A stretch of 64,000 bases of DNA, taken from contig NIVC01001708.1 of the NCBI GenBank assembly GCA_002269645.1, forward strand, positions 124,001 to 188,000, written 5' to 3'. Below are positions 49,301 through 59,679 of the stretch, one piece after another (the stretch's first letter is position 1; each line of letters opens with the position of its first letter). Position numbers and translations under genes: made by a program. The notes beneath the pieces were generated by a model that was not told the DNA's origin, did not search any database, and was given only the letters and a program-made list of their open reading frames with translations. Source of the DNA: Macrostomum lignano (Eukaryota).

Positions 49301-52300
49301 GCCTTCCTCGGCCGAATCGACCGAGCCTGCTGCCGGCGACAGCAGCTCTTCGGACGACCAGCGGGAGCGGCCGCGGCGGAAGGGGCTGCCAAGCGGCGAG
49401 GCCGAGGATGAGGCGCCCGCTGCTGCTGAACCCGGCGGCAGGCATCGCCCAGCTCTGGTGAGTCGGCACTCGCTGCCGCCGCTGAGCGCTGAGTCCACCA
49501 TGCTGGCGACCTTGCAGCAACAGCAGCAACTGCCGCTGAGCACCCTGCCGCCGATCCACCTGCAGCAGCCGCAACTGCAGCAGCAACAGCAGCGCCGTCT
49601 CAGCAAGCGACCAGTGGAGGTTGCCAATTTTAGCAAAATGCTAATTGCTTAATTTCATGTCTGGCTTGCCAAACTAATTGTAATAAGTGCGCTTCTAACT
49701 CTGTGCAATCTTTACCTGGGGTTGCCATGCAAGTTAAGCAGAGGTTTAACGCAAACTTCACAAACCGACACTTCACCAACCAGACACTTCACCAACCAGA
49801 CACTTCACCAACCAGACACTTCACCAACCAGACACTTCACCAACTAGACACTTCACCAACTAGACACTTCACCAACCAGACACTTCACCAACCAGACACT
49901 TCACCAACTAGACACTTCACCAACCAGACACTTCACCAACCAGACACTTCACCAACTAGACACTTCACCAACCAGACACTTCACCAACCAGACACTTCAC
50001 CAACCTGACACTTCACCAATCAGACACTTCACCAATCAGACACTTCACCAAACAGACACTTCACCAACCAGACACTTCACCAACCAGACACTTCACCAAA
50101 CAGACACTTCACCAAACAGACACTTCACCAACCAGACACTTCACCAACTAGACACTTCACCAACTAGACACTTCACCAACTAGACACTTCACCAACCAGA
50201 CACTTCACCAACTAGACACTTCACCAACTAGACACTTCACCAACCAGACACTTCACCAACCAGACACTTCACCAACTAGACACTTCACCAACCAGACACT
50301 TCACCAACCAGACACTTCACCAACCTGACACTTCACCAATCAGACACTTCACCAATCAGACACTTCACCAAACAGACACTTCACCAACCAGACACTTCAC
50401 CAACCAGACACTTCACCAAACAGACACTTCACCAAACAGACACTTCACCAACCAGACACTTCACCAACTAGACACTTCACCAACTAGACACTTCACCAAC
50501 CAGACACTTCACCAACCAGACACTTCACCAACCTGACACTTCACCAAACAGACACTTCACCAACAATGGAGACTGTACGGACCAGAAGTGCACCCCCACA
50601 CTGCCAGCACTGTACACTGGCTTTCACTATGAACCTTTCAGGCCACGCTAAAAGAAGAAGACTCCACAGGCGCCAACAGCAACGGAGGTGACTGGGCCGT
50701 TGCCAATGGAAACGACAACACGAAGAAGAAGAAAAAGCCAGGCAGCCAGCAAACCAGCGAAGACGACGATGCCGACGGCAATGGAGAAGGCGAAGGCGAG
50801 AACGACGATGATGATGACGACGACGCGAGGATTCCGTGCTGCGCCTGCTGCGCCTGCTGCCCGGACATCCGGGCGCCCCGCCGAAGAAATCGGAGACAAT
50901 GACGGCTGCCAAGTGGGCCATCTACGTGCTGAAGTGGATCGTCTTTGTGCTGGCGTTCCCATTTCTGTGCCTCTTCAGCTGGACTGTTCCCGAGTGTTCC
51001 AAGGAGCACCTCAAGTGAGCCGCCCCGCCCGCACTGGCACTCAGGGCTGTAGCGTTTCTGACACCAAGTTTGAGAGCCCTAGCAACCAGTTTAGGGACCC
51101 TGGAAACCAGTCAAGCAAATCTAGCGACCTCATGTTGCAGGCAACCAGTTTAGCGAACTGGACAGCCTGTTTTACCCCCCCCCCCCGGCAACTATTTTAG
51201 CATCCTTGGCAACCAGTTTTTATCAGTTTGATGCCCCCGACTATCTCTGACCAGAATTTCACCAACATGCTTTTCTGTGACCAAATTTCAATTCGATTTT
51301 TACAAGATTTGAATCCATGTCCTGACAGGAAATTCTTCATAGTCAGTTTCTTGATCTCTGTGCTGTGGATCGCCGCGCTTTCCTTTGGCATGGTCACCGT
51401 GGTTGCTCGCTTGGGCTGCCTGCTGGGCGTCGACACTTTCGTGATGTCGTTGGTTGTGCTGGCAGCGGGAACCAGCGTTCCGGTCAGTTACGGGGTTGCG
51501 CGGAGTGACAGGGTGGAGTGATTATGTAGAGTGACGGGATAGTCAAGAGGGACGGGGTGGAGTGACAGTTAGTCCATAGTGACAGGATAGAGTGACAGTA
51601 GTCCAGAGTGACGGGGTGGAGTGACAGTTAGTCCAGAGTGACAGGATAGAGTGACAGCAGTCCAGAGTGACGGGGTGGAGTGACAGTAGTCCAGAGTGAC
51701 GGGGTGGAGTGACAGCAGTCCAGATTGACGGGGTGGAGTGACAGTTAGTCCAGAGTGACAGGATAAAGTGACAGCAGTCCAGAGTGACGGGAGGTAGTGA
51801 CAGTTAGTCCAGAGTGACAGGATAGAGTGACAGCAGTCCAGAGTGACGGGGTGGAGTGACAGCAGTCCAGAGTGACGGGAGGGAGTGACAGTTAGTCCAG
51901 AGTGACAGGATAGAGTGACAGTAGTCCAGAGTGACAGGATAGAGTGACAGTAGTCCAGAGTGACAGGATAGAGTGACAGTAGTCCAGAGTGACAGGATAG
52001 AGTGACAGCAGTCCAGAGTGACGGGGTGGAGTGACAGCAGTCCAGAGTGACGGGAGGTAGTGACAGTTAGTCCAGAGTGACAGGATAGAGTGACAGTAGT
52101 CCAGAGTGACAGGATAGAGTGACAGTAGTCCAGAGTGACAGGATAGAGTGACAGTAGTCCAGAGTGACAGGATAGAGTGACAGTAGTCCAGAGTGACAGG
52201 ATAGAGTGACAGTAGTCCAGAGTGACGGAGTGGAGTGAAGGTGTATACAATAGCAAGCAGGAAGCGGATCTACCCCGTTCCTCTCCCAGGACCTGCTCAG

Positions 52301-53243
52301 CTCCATCATCGTGGCCCGAGACGGATTCGGCGACATGGCCGTGTCGAACGCTATCGGGTCCAACGTTTTCGACATCAACATGGGCCTCGGCCTGCCCTTC
52401 TTTATCCGGCTGTGTATCAACAAAATTGAGCCGCTGGACATGTTCAGCGATGACGAGAGGGTGAGCGGAGTTTGACTCTTAAGTGGGTAGGAGAGCACCG
52501 GAATTAAAACAGCGAGAGAAAAAACTCCGGAAGGGAAGCACAGGGAAGGATAAAGTATGGAGGAAACTTAAGAAACTTAAGATCTACACAGAGGGAGGAA
52601 AACGCCAAATAAACATATCAGTAAAAAAGCTTAGAAAATACGCTAGGGGGTAACACCAGAAAAATAAATACCCGAATTACACCGGAAAGGAAACACCGCG
52701 GGAGGATAACACCGGAAAGGATAACACCGGGAGGATAGAAATGGAAAGGAAACACCGGGAGGATAACACCCCAAACAAAACACCGGGAGAATAACACTGG
52801 AAAGGAAACACCGGGAGGATAACACCCCAAACAAAACACCGGGAGAATAACACCGGAAAGGAAACACTGGAAACGAAACACCGGGAGGATAACTCCGGAA
52901 AGGAAACACCGGGAGTATAACACCGGAAAGGAAGCACCGGGAGGATAGCACCGGAAAGGAAACACGAGAGCTAGGATACGAGACACCGAAAAGAGCTTAG
53001 CAGAGGCCAAACTTCCCCAAATCGCCCGAATTGCAGAGAAGCTACTGCGAAGGTCACATGAACTTCATTCCGCATGTGAAGTTCGGCGTGATCCTGATCA
53101 TCCTGCTCGTGCTCGCGTTCACCGTGATCAGCATTGCCAAGTTCCGACTGGGCAAGATAATCGGTGTCTCATTCTTCTGCACCTACGTAGCATTCCTGGT
53201 GTACGCCTTCTGCCAGGAGTTCCTCTGCGAATACAACTGCTGA
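39001..53243 (+). CDS. K+-dependent Na+/Ca2+ exchanger (SLC24/NCKX family), at least 13 exons, one apparent 1-bp frameshift
   Basis: Exons 39001-39148, 39958-40275, 41843-42026, 42594-42651, 45179-~45393, 46940-47012, 47372-47515, 48868-49056, 49230-49457, 50642-51014, 51329-51482, 52290-52460, 53037-53243. Alpha-1 repeat [41 protein letters not shown]; alpha-2 repeat [38 protein letters not shown] frame change is needed near 50876-50879. Loop exon boundaries are less certain. Confidence 0.88.
41696..41812. repeat. 12-bp tandem repeat (GAGGTGCAGTCA) just before an NCKX acceptor
   Basis: About 10 perfect copies. Confidence 0.95.
42030..42470. repeat. 22-bp minisatellite (CTACTCTCCCCGTCTCCCTTAT) in an NCKX intron
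   Basis: Starts within a few bases of the donor at 42027. Confidence 0.92.
42819..44819 (+). mobile_element. Crypton-like tyrosine-recombinase DNA transposon in NCKX intron 4 (ends provisional)
   Basis: Single YR ORF flanked by inverted motifs: GTTATGGGTTAGGCT (42870-42884) vs AGCCTACCCATAAC (44790-44803); ACTGTCTATGGTTGAA (42923-42938 and 42984-42999) vs TTCAACCATAGACAGT (44728-44743). Candidate terminal direct repeat TTAATATA at 42819-42826 and 44812-44819. Confidence 0.7.
43084..44448 (+). CDS. Crypton-type tyrosine recombinase (DUF3504-like), 454 aa
   Basis: SAM-like N-terminal region ([15 protein letters not shown]; [22 protein letters not shown]). Catalytic set: R (GFRGRE), K (VEKT), HxxR (NHCIRAS), H (TGHKR), Y (EHYN). 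[10 protein letters not shown] and [13 protein letters not shown] segments are typical of eukaryotic Crypton-type YRs. Confidence 0.85.
   Translation: MFHWESILEEDISGLEMNEIEFLQQLCHRDPGEEVSQWTGVTVRQQELIDAELSNPSILNNAELLRELTEEEEAAVQDVEEAAKRKSTTDQTALHVKRFKKYLVDQKLPDNIETMPIRYLCAYMRLWFVSLRTQEGKPYAVRSLVCFRASIHRYVLETRNVRIIGNTEFLSFERTYKACLMTALREKTSIGNASTYCPIDDSDFHRLRVYFDRTTPTRLQFEVLFKIVYGFGFRGREWLRGLTKADVRIDECDGVRYIDLVKDGVEKTVTADDPTTRKSIILAETPTDPNTCPVRAMEMYLAKIPDDVGCLWPKPLERGFSMEGFWYHKSLVLGKHWLNEFMKKLCELAGLSNRAHTNHCIRASVVTNLMEDGVSVSEIQAVTGHKRAESVEHYNKRLKFSKEVNLSRAISERLSGTAEQTLASAGQSGSKFDCWMHRTVTKYDCVGHAWVNCS
44945..45135. repeat. ~39-bp minisatellite (TAGACATCCCAAATTACACTAAATATCCCCAATTCCATC)
   Basis: About 5 copies just upstream of the NCKX exon at 45179. 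Confidence 0.85.
45530..46410. repeat. 23-bp minisatellite (CTAAGCGACTGATCCTCTAATAC)
   Basis: Tandem copies in an NCKX intron. Confidence 0.95.
47006..47190. repeat. 34-bp repeat containing the NCKX exon-6 splice donor
   Basis: Unit ACGGCGG|GTGAGACTGCATGGCGGGGAGGGGAAG, 5-6 copies. Confidence 0.9.
47578..48475. repeat. 42-bp minisatellite (AGAATGGATTGCTAATCTAGCCTGCATCATGGATGAAGGATT), ~21 copies
   Basis: Tandem copies in an NCKX intron; open in one frame on each strand. Confidence 0.95.
49760..50562. repeat. 16-bp minisatellite (CAGACACTTCACCAAC)
   Basis: About 50 tandem copies in an NCKX intron. Confidence 0.95.
51525..52232. repeat. ~29-30-bp minisatellite (GTCCAGAGTGACAGGATAGAGTGACAGTA)
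   Basis: Tandem copies in an NCKX intron. Confidence 0.93.
52660..52975. repeat. Degenerate ACACCGG(G)A-core minisatellite in the last NCKX intron
   Basis: Read directly. Confidence 0.85.
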
Positions 53244-54494
53244 GAGACAGGCGCACCGGGCGCCAATTCAAATGAATCAAGTGCCTGCGCATGTCTGCTG
53301 CCCCAGAATTTTACCTGGATTAAGTAAAGTACATCTGTAGTTTAAGCTTCTATAAGACAATTGCTAACCACAGATACTAGAATAACTAGATGGGCCACTT
53401 AGCAAATTAGCGTGCGAGCTACTTTCAGTTCAGTAGTAAGTTAAACAGAAGCATTTTAATGTATTTTTAAGACAATTAGGCTTATTTATTGGCTCCCCAA
53501 GCTTAAATCCTCGAACTCCACACCGAACCGACTAGTTTAGCTAGCTGTTCCAGTCTAAAATCTGCCATGTACGTTTCGGCGGCCAATGTACATTATTGCT
53601 GAACTAATTAGCAAGCTGTTTACGCCTGCAAGCTTGGGTTGCTTAACTTATCAAAGTCATTTCAGCCGCGTTTATTTTTATAAAATAGCTTATGTATTCT
53701 TCTTTGCTACTGAACTTAAAGTAGAAAGCTGTTTTACTAAGTATGCCTGAGTGGCCCATCTGGTTATTTTAGTATCTGTGTTGCTAACAAGGGCTAATAG
53801 AAGCCCTTGATACCAGAATATTCCAATCTCTATGCAGCTGTGTAGCCAGCCCACTAACTCGCACAGACAGACAACTCGAGGCAAAGAAGTTGCTCGTCTC
53901 TCCCTTTACTAGAACAGACTGCATCTGCTTCAATCAGTTTTCGAGCTTCAATTTTCTGTGTTTGATAGTTTTATTTTTGAATATTCCCTTCTCTCGCCTA
54001 AAGTGCATCTCATATTGCTGTGCTTTTCAATACCCGTAGCAGCTAAGCCCAGTGACGCAAGTCGAAATAAACTAGCAAAACCACAACACCAATAAAAGTT
54101 GTCGTAGATTTTCGGCACAGTTACAGACACTTTAATCTCAAACACAGGGTGTGTATTTTCAAATGATTTTTGATACAAAGATGAAAAGCAAAATTTGATT
54201 AACAAATTGATAAACGATTAAAACAAACTCAGTGTCAGGTAATATTATCTACTTTATGCATGCAGACGAAATTTGCTATTTATACTTGCGTTAGTAGCAT
54301 AATGCAGGCATGAATTTTTAACAACGGACATAAGCAATGCCGAACATGTAGCCTTGCCGATCAAAACAATTCTGTAACCATGGCAACACGCGGCTTAAGA
54401 CTTAAAAATTAAAATTATTAAAAAAGAAGTGAAGGTAAAGTTAAGGATCTCTGGTTAAGGAGTTCTTGACAGACTGAAGGACCAGCGAATCAGG

Positions 54495-55287
54495 TGTAGG
54501 ACACCCGAAGGGTCAGGTGTGGGTGGGGTGTGGGACAGCATGAAGGATCAGGTGTGGGTGGGGTGAGGGACAGCATGAAGGATCAGGTGTGGGTGGGGTG
54601 TGGGACAGCCTGAAGGGTCAGGTGTGGGTGGGGTGAGGGACAGCATGAAGGATCAGGTGTGGGTGGGGTGAGGGACAGCATGAAGGATCAGGTGTGGGTG
54701 GGGTGTGGGACAGCCTGAAGGATCAGGTGTGGGTGGGGTGTCGGACAGCATGAAGGATCAGGTGTGGGTGGGGTGTTGGACAGCCTGAAGGGTCAGGTGT
54801 GGGTGGGGTGTGGGACAGCCTGAAGGGTCAGGTGTGGGTGGGGTGAGGGACAGCATGAAGGATCAGGTGTGGGTGGGGTGTGGGACAGCCTGAAGGATCA
54901 GGTGTGGGTGGGGTGTCGGACAGCATGAAGGATCAGGTGTGGGTGGGGTGTTGGACAGCCTGAAGGGTCAGGTGTGGGTGGGGTGTGGGACAGCCTGAAG
55001 GATCAGGTGTGGGTGGGGTGTGGGACAGCATGAAGGATCAGGTGTGGGTGGGGTGTTGGACAGCCTGAAGGGTCAGGTGTGGGTGGGGTGTGGGACAGCC
55101 TGAAGGATCAGGTGTGGGTGGGGTGTGGGACAGCATGAAGGATCAGGTGTGGGTGGGGTGTGGGACAGCCTGAAGGATCAGGTGTGGGTGGGTGGGGTGT
55201 GGGACAGCCTGAAGGATCAGGTGTGGGTGGGGTGTGGGACAGCCTGAAGGATCAGGTGTGGGTGGGGGGTGTGGGACAGCCTGAAGG
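54495..55287. repeat. 35-bp minisatellite (GAAGGATCAGGTGTGGGTGGGGTGTGGGACAGCCT)
   Basis: Tandem copies downstream of the MIER-like gene. Confidence 0.95.
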
Positions 55288-55342
55288 CATCTCACTGTAC
55301 ACACAGCAACAAAAAAAGCTACAAGAACAGATCACAGGACAA

Positions 55343-55471
55343 CTAATTGCGGGCCGCGTACTGCTGGGTCAGGTGATGCGGCGGTGAGGAAGCCAGCAGA
55401 GAATGCGGCCTGGGAGCTGATGTTGCCGCTGCAGCAGCCGCCGTGGCCTGCTGCCGCTGCTGCTGTCCGTG

Positions 55472-55526
<55 letters not shown>

Positions 55527-56595
55527 CGGCAGAGGCTCCGGAAACGGCTGGCAAAAGCGTCGTGCCTGGCGGTTTTCTTCCACAGGTAGTAGAAATGCAC
55601 CAGCTGGCCAACCGGCCGGCAGCGCAGCCGCTCCGACTGCACCAGCCAGAAATTCTTGCCGTAGTGCAGCAGGCCGTTCTCGAACGCGTCAACATCGTCC
55701 GATGGCCACATGGCCAGCACGTCCGGGCACGGCAGGTCCGGCCGGACGCGGGCCCGCATGAGGGCCTCGGTGGCCGAGTAGCCGCAGGCCTGCAGCTCGA
55801 ACAGCCAGCGCTCGCTGTCCGGGATGGCCCGGCCGGCCGGGAAGCTGACACCCGGCTGCGCTCGGCGAAGGAAATCAACAACGTCGGGTTCTGGCAGGCG
55901 GCCGGGGTCCCACAGGAGGACGGCGCGGCTGTCCACCGGCTGCGGCTCCGCGGCCTGCCTGGCGCTCGGCGCTGGCAAATCGGCAGCCTGGAATTCGGCG
56001 CCCACGCGCGGCTCCCGACGCCAGGCAACGCCGCCGCCAGATGCTGCCGGCGTTGTCAAAGGCGACGACGGGGCGGCCGCGCCTTGGCGACGCTGACCGG
56101 CTTCGTCTGCTGCTTCCTCATCCTCCTCTTCCTCATCCTCAGCATCTTCGATTTCATCTTCGTCTTCGCCATCGGCCCCGCCGCCCAGGCCGTTCCCGGC
56201 CTCGTTCGAACTGCCGTCCTCCTCCTCATCTCCCTCCTCCCCGCCGCCGCCGTTCTCTTCCCCATCCTCGTCTTCTCCGTAGGCGGCGGCCTCGGCGTCC
56301 ACCACCAGCTCGCCCTCCTCCTCTTCGTCGCTGACGTCTTCGTCCTGCGCGCTGGCGTCGCTGACAACCTCGTCCATCAGCTCGCCGCCGCCGCCGTCCT
56401 CCTCGGCGCCGCTGTTCTGCTCGCTGTCCTCGCGTACCGCCGGCTCGGCGGCTGTGGCTGCACCAGAGGCCGCTGCGGCTTGGCGGCGCTGGCGCGGCCT
56501 CAGCTGATGCTCGCCGGCGGGGCTGGTTGGGCTTGGCGACGTGGAGACTGGCTGGAATGGCGGGGATGAGGCGCTGCTGGAAACTGGAGCCTGAA
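55343..56595 (-). CDS. MIER-family (mesoderm induction early response) ELM2-SANT transcriptional corepressor; 5' end unresolved
   Basis: Acidic N-terminal region; ELM2 [36 protein letters not shown]; [47 protein letters not shown]. Candidate acceptor at 56596, first downstream in-frame ATG at 56377, upstream in-frame ATG at 56872. Confidence 0.8.
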
Positions 56596-56612
56596 CTGTG
56601 AATGTGCCACTT

Positions 56613-56870
56613 CTGGCCTCTCTGATCCTCCTGGCCTCCCTGATCCTCCTGGCCTCCCTGACCCCCCTGGCCTCCCTGACCCCCCTGGCCTCCCTGACCC
56701 CCCTGGCCTCCCTGATCCTCCTGGCCTCCCTGACCCCCCTGGCCTCCCTGATCCTCCTGGCCTCCCTGATCCCCCCTGGCCTCCCTGATCCCTTTGGCCT
56801 CCCTGACCCCCCTGGCCTCCCTGATCCCTCTGGCCTCCCTGATCCCTCTGGCCTCCCTGATCCCCCTGGC
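56613..56870. repeat. 18-bp minisatellite (GGCCTCCCTGATCCTCCT)
   Basis: Tandem copies immediately upstream of the MIER exon. Confidence 0.92.
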
Positions 56871-56892
56871 ATAACTGATGCCCTAGTCTCAG

Positions 56893-56986
56893 ATACATAC
56901 AGACACACAGACAGACAGACAGACAGACAGACACACAGACAGACAGACACACAGACAGACAGACAGACACACAGACAGACAGACAC

Positions 56987-57045
<59 letters not shown>

Positions 57046-57142
57046 CACAGACAGACAGACAGACAGACACACAGACACACAGACAGACACACAGACAGAC
57101 ACACAGACAGACAGACAGACACACAGACAGACAGACAGACAC

Positions 57143-57185
<43 letters not shown>

Positions 57186-57198
57186 CACAGACAGACAC

Positions 57199-57257
<59 letters not shown>

Positions 57258-57338
57258 TACAGACACACAGACAGACAGACAGACAGACAGACATACAGAC
57301 ACACAGACAGACAGACAGACAGACAGACATACAGACAC

Positions 57339-57388
<50 letters not shown>
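56893..57388. repeat. (ACAG)n microsatellite
   Basis: Read directly. Confidence 0.96.
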
Positions 57389-58025
57389 CCTGGCCTCCTA
57401 GATTCCTCAGTGGGTCAGTACTAAGATTTAGGAGATATGAAACCTAAAAACCAGTTAAAAATGCAAATTTAACATTCGAAACCTGGAGAACAAGATTTAA
57501 AATTTCAAACAGTTAAAGACAGTCAAGTCAGTAGAGGAAATTTAAAAAATGCTTAAGCAAATCGAACCGTTTTAGATGGCACACAAACTTTAATTTGAAG
57601 CTAAAAGCAGAAGCAGATTCAATTTTCAAGCAATTCTCTTACACCAAATTAGTTGAAATTGCAACTTTTTAACTGGAATATAAAATTCGCTAAGCTCAAT
57701 AATTATATTTTTATTGTATATAAAGAAACAAAAATGAGGTGATAATGTCAGATTGACTTGGCATCAGATTGGAATGACTGTAGCAGTAGTAAGTGAAGCA
57801 TATTCAAATTATTTATACAGGTACTAGCTGAAAAAACTCAAAGACAGCACTTTTACTTTCAACGATACAATTTTATAAATACATCAGTATGAATTTAAAT
57901 AACGCCATACACCGGGAAAAATACACTGTGAATAACAGTATGCATTTCAGATAAAAGATAAATAAATAAAATTGAAATAAAATCAAATGCTTCACCCCTG
58001 AATATTTGCTGATGAATGCTATCAG

Positions 58026-58785
58026 AGTGTCCACTGCCATCTCTGCAGTGTCCACTACCATCTCTGCAGTGTCCACTGCCATCTCTGCAGTGTCCACTAC
58101 CATCTCTGCAGTGTCCACTGCCATCTCTGCAGTGTCCACTACCATCTCTGCAGTGTCCACTACCATCTCTGCAGTGTCCACTACCATCTCTGCAGTGTCC
58201 ACTACCATCTCTGCAGTGTCCACTACCATCTCTGCAGTGTCCACTACCATCTCTGCAGTGTCCACTGCCATCTCTGCAGTGTCCACTACCATCTCTGCAG
58301 TGTCCACTACCATCTCTGCAGTGTCCACTACCATCTCTGCAGTGTCCACTGCCATCTCTGCAGTGTCCACTACCATCTCTGCAGTGTCCACTACCATCTC
58401 TGCAGTGTCCACTACCATCTCTGCAGTGTCCACTACCATCTCTGCAGTGTCCACTACCATCTCTGCAGTGTCCACTGCCATCTCTGCAGTGACATCTCTG
58501 CAGTGTCCACTGCCATCTCTGCAGTGTCCACTACCATCTCTGCAGTGTCCACTACCATCTCTGCAGTGTCCACTACCATCTCTGCAGTGTCCACTACCAT
58601 CTCTGCAGTGTCCACTACCATTTCTGCAGTGTCCACTACCATCTCTGCAGTGTCCACTGCCATCTCTGCAGTGTCCACTACCATCTCTGCAGTGTCCACT
58701 ACCATCTCTGCAGTGTCCACTACCATCTCTGCAGTGTCCACTGCCATCTCTGCAGTGTCCACTACCATCTCTGCAGTGTCCACCA
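58026..58785. repeat. 21-bp minisatellite (CTGCAGTGTCCACTACCATCT) abutting the RING gene stop codon
   Basis: About 35 tandem copies. Confidence 0.96.
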
Positions 58786-59595
58786 TCATTTCTGCTGTCC
58801 GGCCTCTCCCGGCCGCTGCTCTGGCAACGAGAAAGCGGCGTCCAGAGCCGACGCGGGCAGCGGCGCCAGCGGGGTGCACAGCCGGACACTGTCCAGAATG
58901 CCGGACACTGCGTCCACTGTCCGAGCCACGTCTAGCCTGTTGGAGGCCAGCGCACTTCCGCCACCGGCGCCGCCGCTACCGACGACTCCGTTAAACACGA
59001 ACGGCAGCTGAAGCGACTCGGCCGTTCTGGCCAAATCCGAGCGCAATCGGCGATAATCCGCACTCGAACTCGAGCCCGCTCGGTCCTCCAGCTCCGCAGC
59101 TCGCCTAGCCAGCTCCTCGGCCAGTTTCTTCCTCTCCGTGAGCAGCTCGCGCCTCGCCGCAACCTCCTCTAACAGGGCGCCGGTGCGTCGTTCGACCAAA
59201 TCGAACAGTCGACGCCGCATCGCCTGGCAGGCCCGCTCGGCGTCGTCCCCGGCGGCCAGCTGCTCGCAGCAGTCGGCGCACAGGGTCAGCAGGCGGCGAC
59301 GGATATTGGCAGTAGCGGCAGCTTCGCCGGCGCCGAATTCGGTGTCAGCGGCGCTCTGCCGCCGTTGGCTCATGAAATGCAGCAGGTGAAAATTCTTAGG
59401 CAGCCTGGCAGGCTGGCAGGCCGGATGCAGCACCCGACAGCTGGGGCAGCGCAGCGAGCCGGACTTGGTGCCGTCAGACAGCAGCATCTGCTGCAGGCAG
59501 GCCAGGCAGTAGGTGTGCAGGCACGGCAGGGCTCGGGGGTCGCGCAGCTCTTCTAAGCAGATGCCGCATTCGAAATCTTTGCCAGCGAGTTCCAT
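58786..59595 (-). CDS. RING-HC finger protein (TRIM-like N-terminus, coiled coil), single exon, 269 aa
   Basis: CGICLEELRDPRALPCLHTYCLACL..LRCPSCR is a C3HC4 RING followed by LPKNFHL, then a helical/coiled-coil region. ATG at 59595 lies 8 nt downstream of a pyrimidine-rich CAG. Confidence 0.8.
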   Translation of the reverse strand: MELAGKDFECGICLEELRDPRALPCLHTYCLACLQQMLLSDGTKSGSLRCPSCRVLHPACQPARLPKNFHLLHFMSQRRQSAADTEFGAGEAAATANIRRRLLTLCADCCEQLAAGDDAERACQAMRRRLFDLVERRTGALLEEVAARRELLTERKKLAEELARRAAELEDRAGSSSSADYRRLRSDLARTAESLQLPFVFNGVVGSGGAGGGSALASNRLDVARTVDAVSGILDSVRLCTPLAPLPASALDAAFSLPEQRPGEAGQQK

Positions 59596-59679
59596 AGGGC
59601 TGTCTGTAATGCGGAGTTGAATAAAAATAATAACATTGGCATTGTGCCACACTTGAGAAGCCATTCCCACTATGCCAGT

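Noticed and set aside
49760-50562. 16-bp array as an amplified splice acceptor (CAG|ACACTTCACCAA)
   Set aside because: The two frames read from that point hit stops by about 50650, and the in-frame NCKX acceptor is at 50641.
51042-51168. MITE with CAGGGCTGT/ACAGCCTG termini
   Set aside because: The termini are very short and no TSD is visible, so support is insufficient.
35844-57401. Long VCLS/TDRQ/SQSV/CISPVSP/AVSTTIS-type ORFs in the ORF track (also 1459-1809, 28968-29980, 57873-58935, 59617-61312, 62771-63424)
   Set aside because: They are translations of micro/minisatellites with stop-free units and show no protein-family signal.
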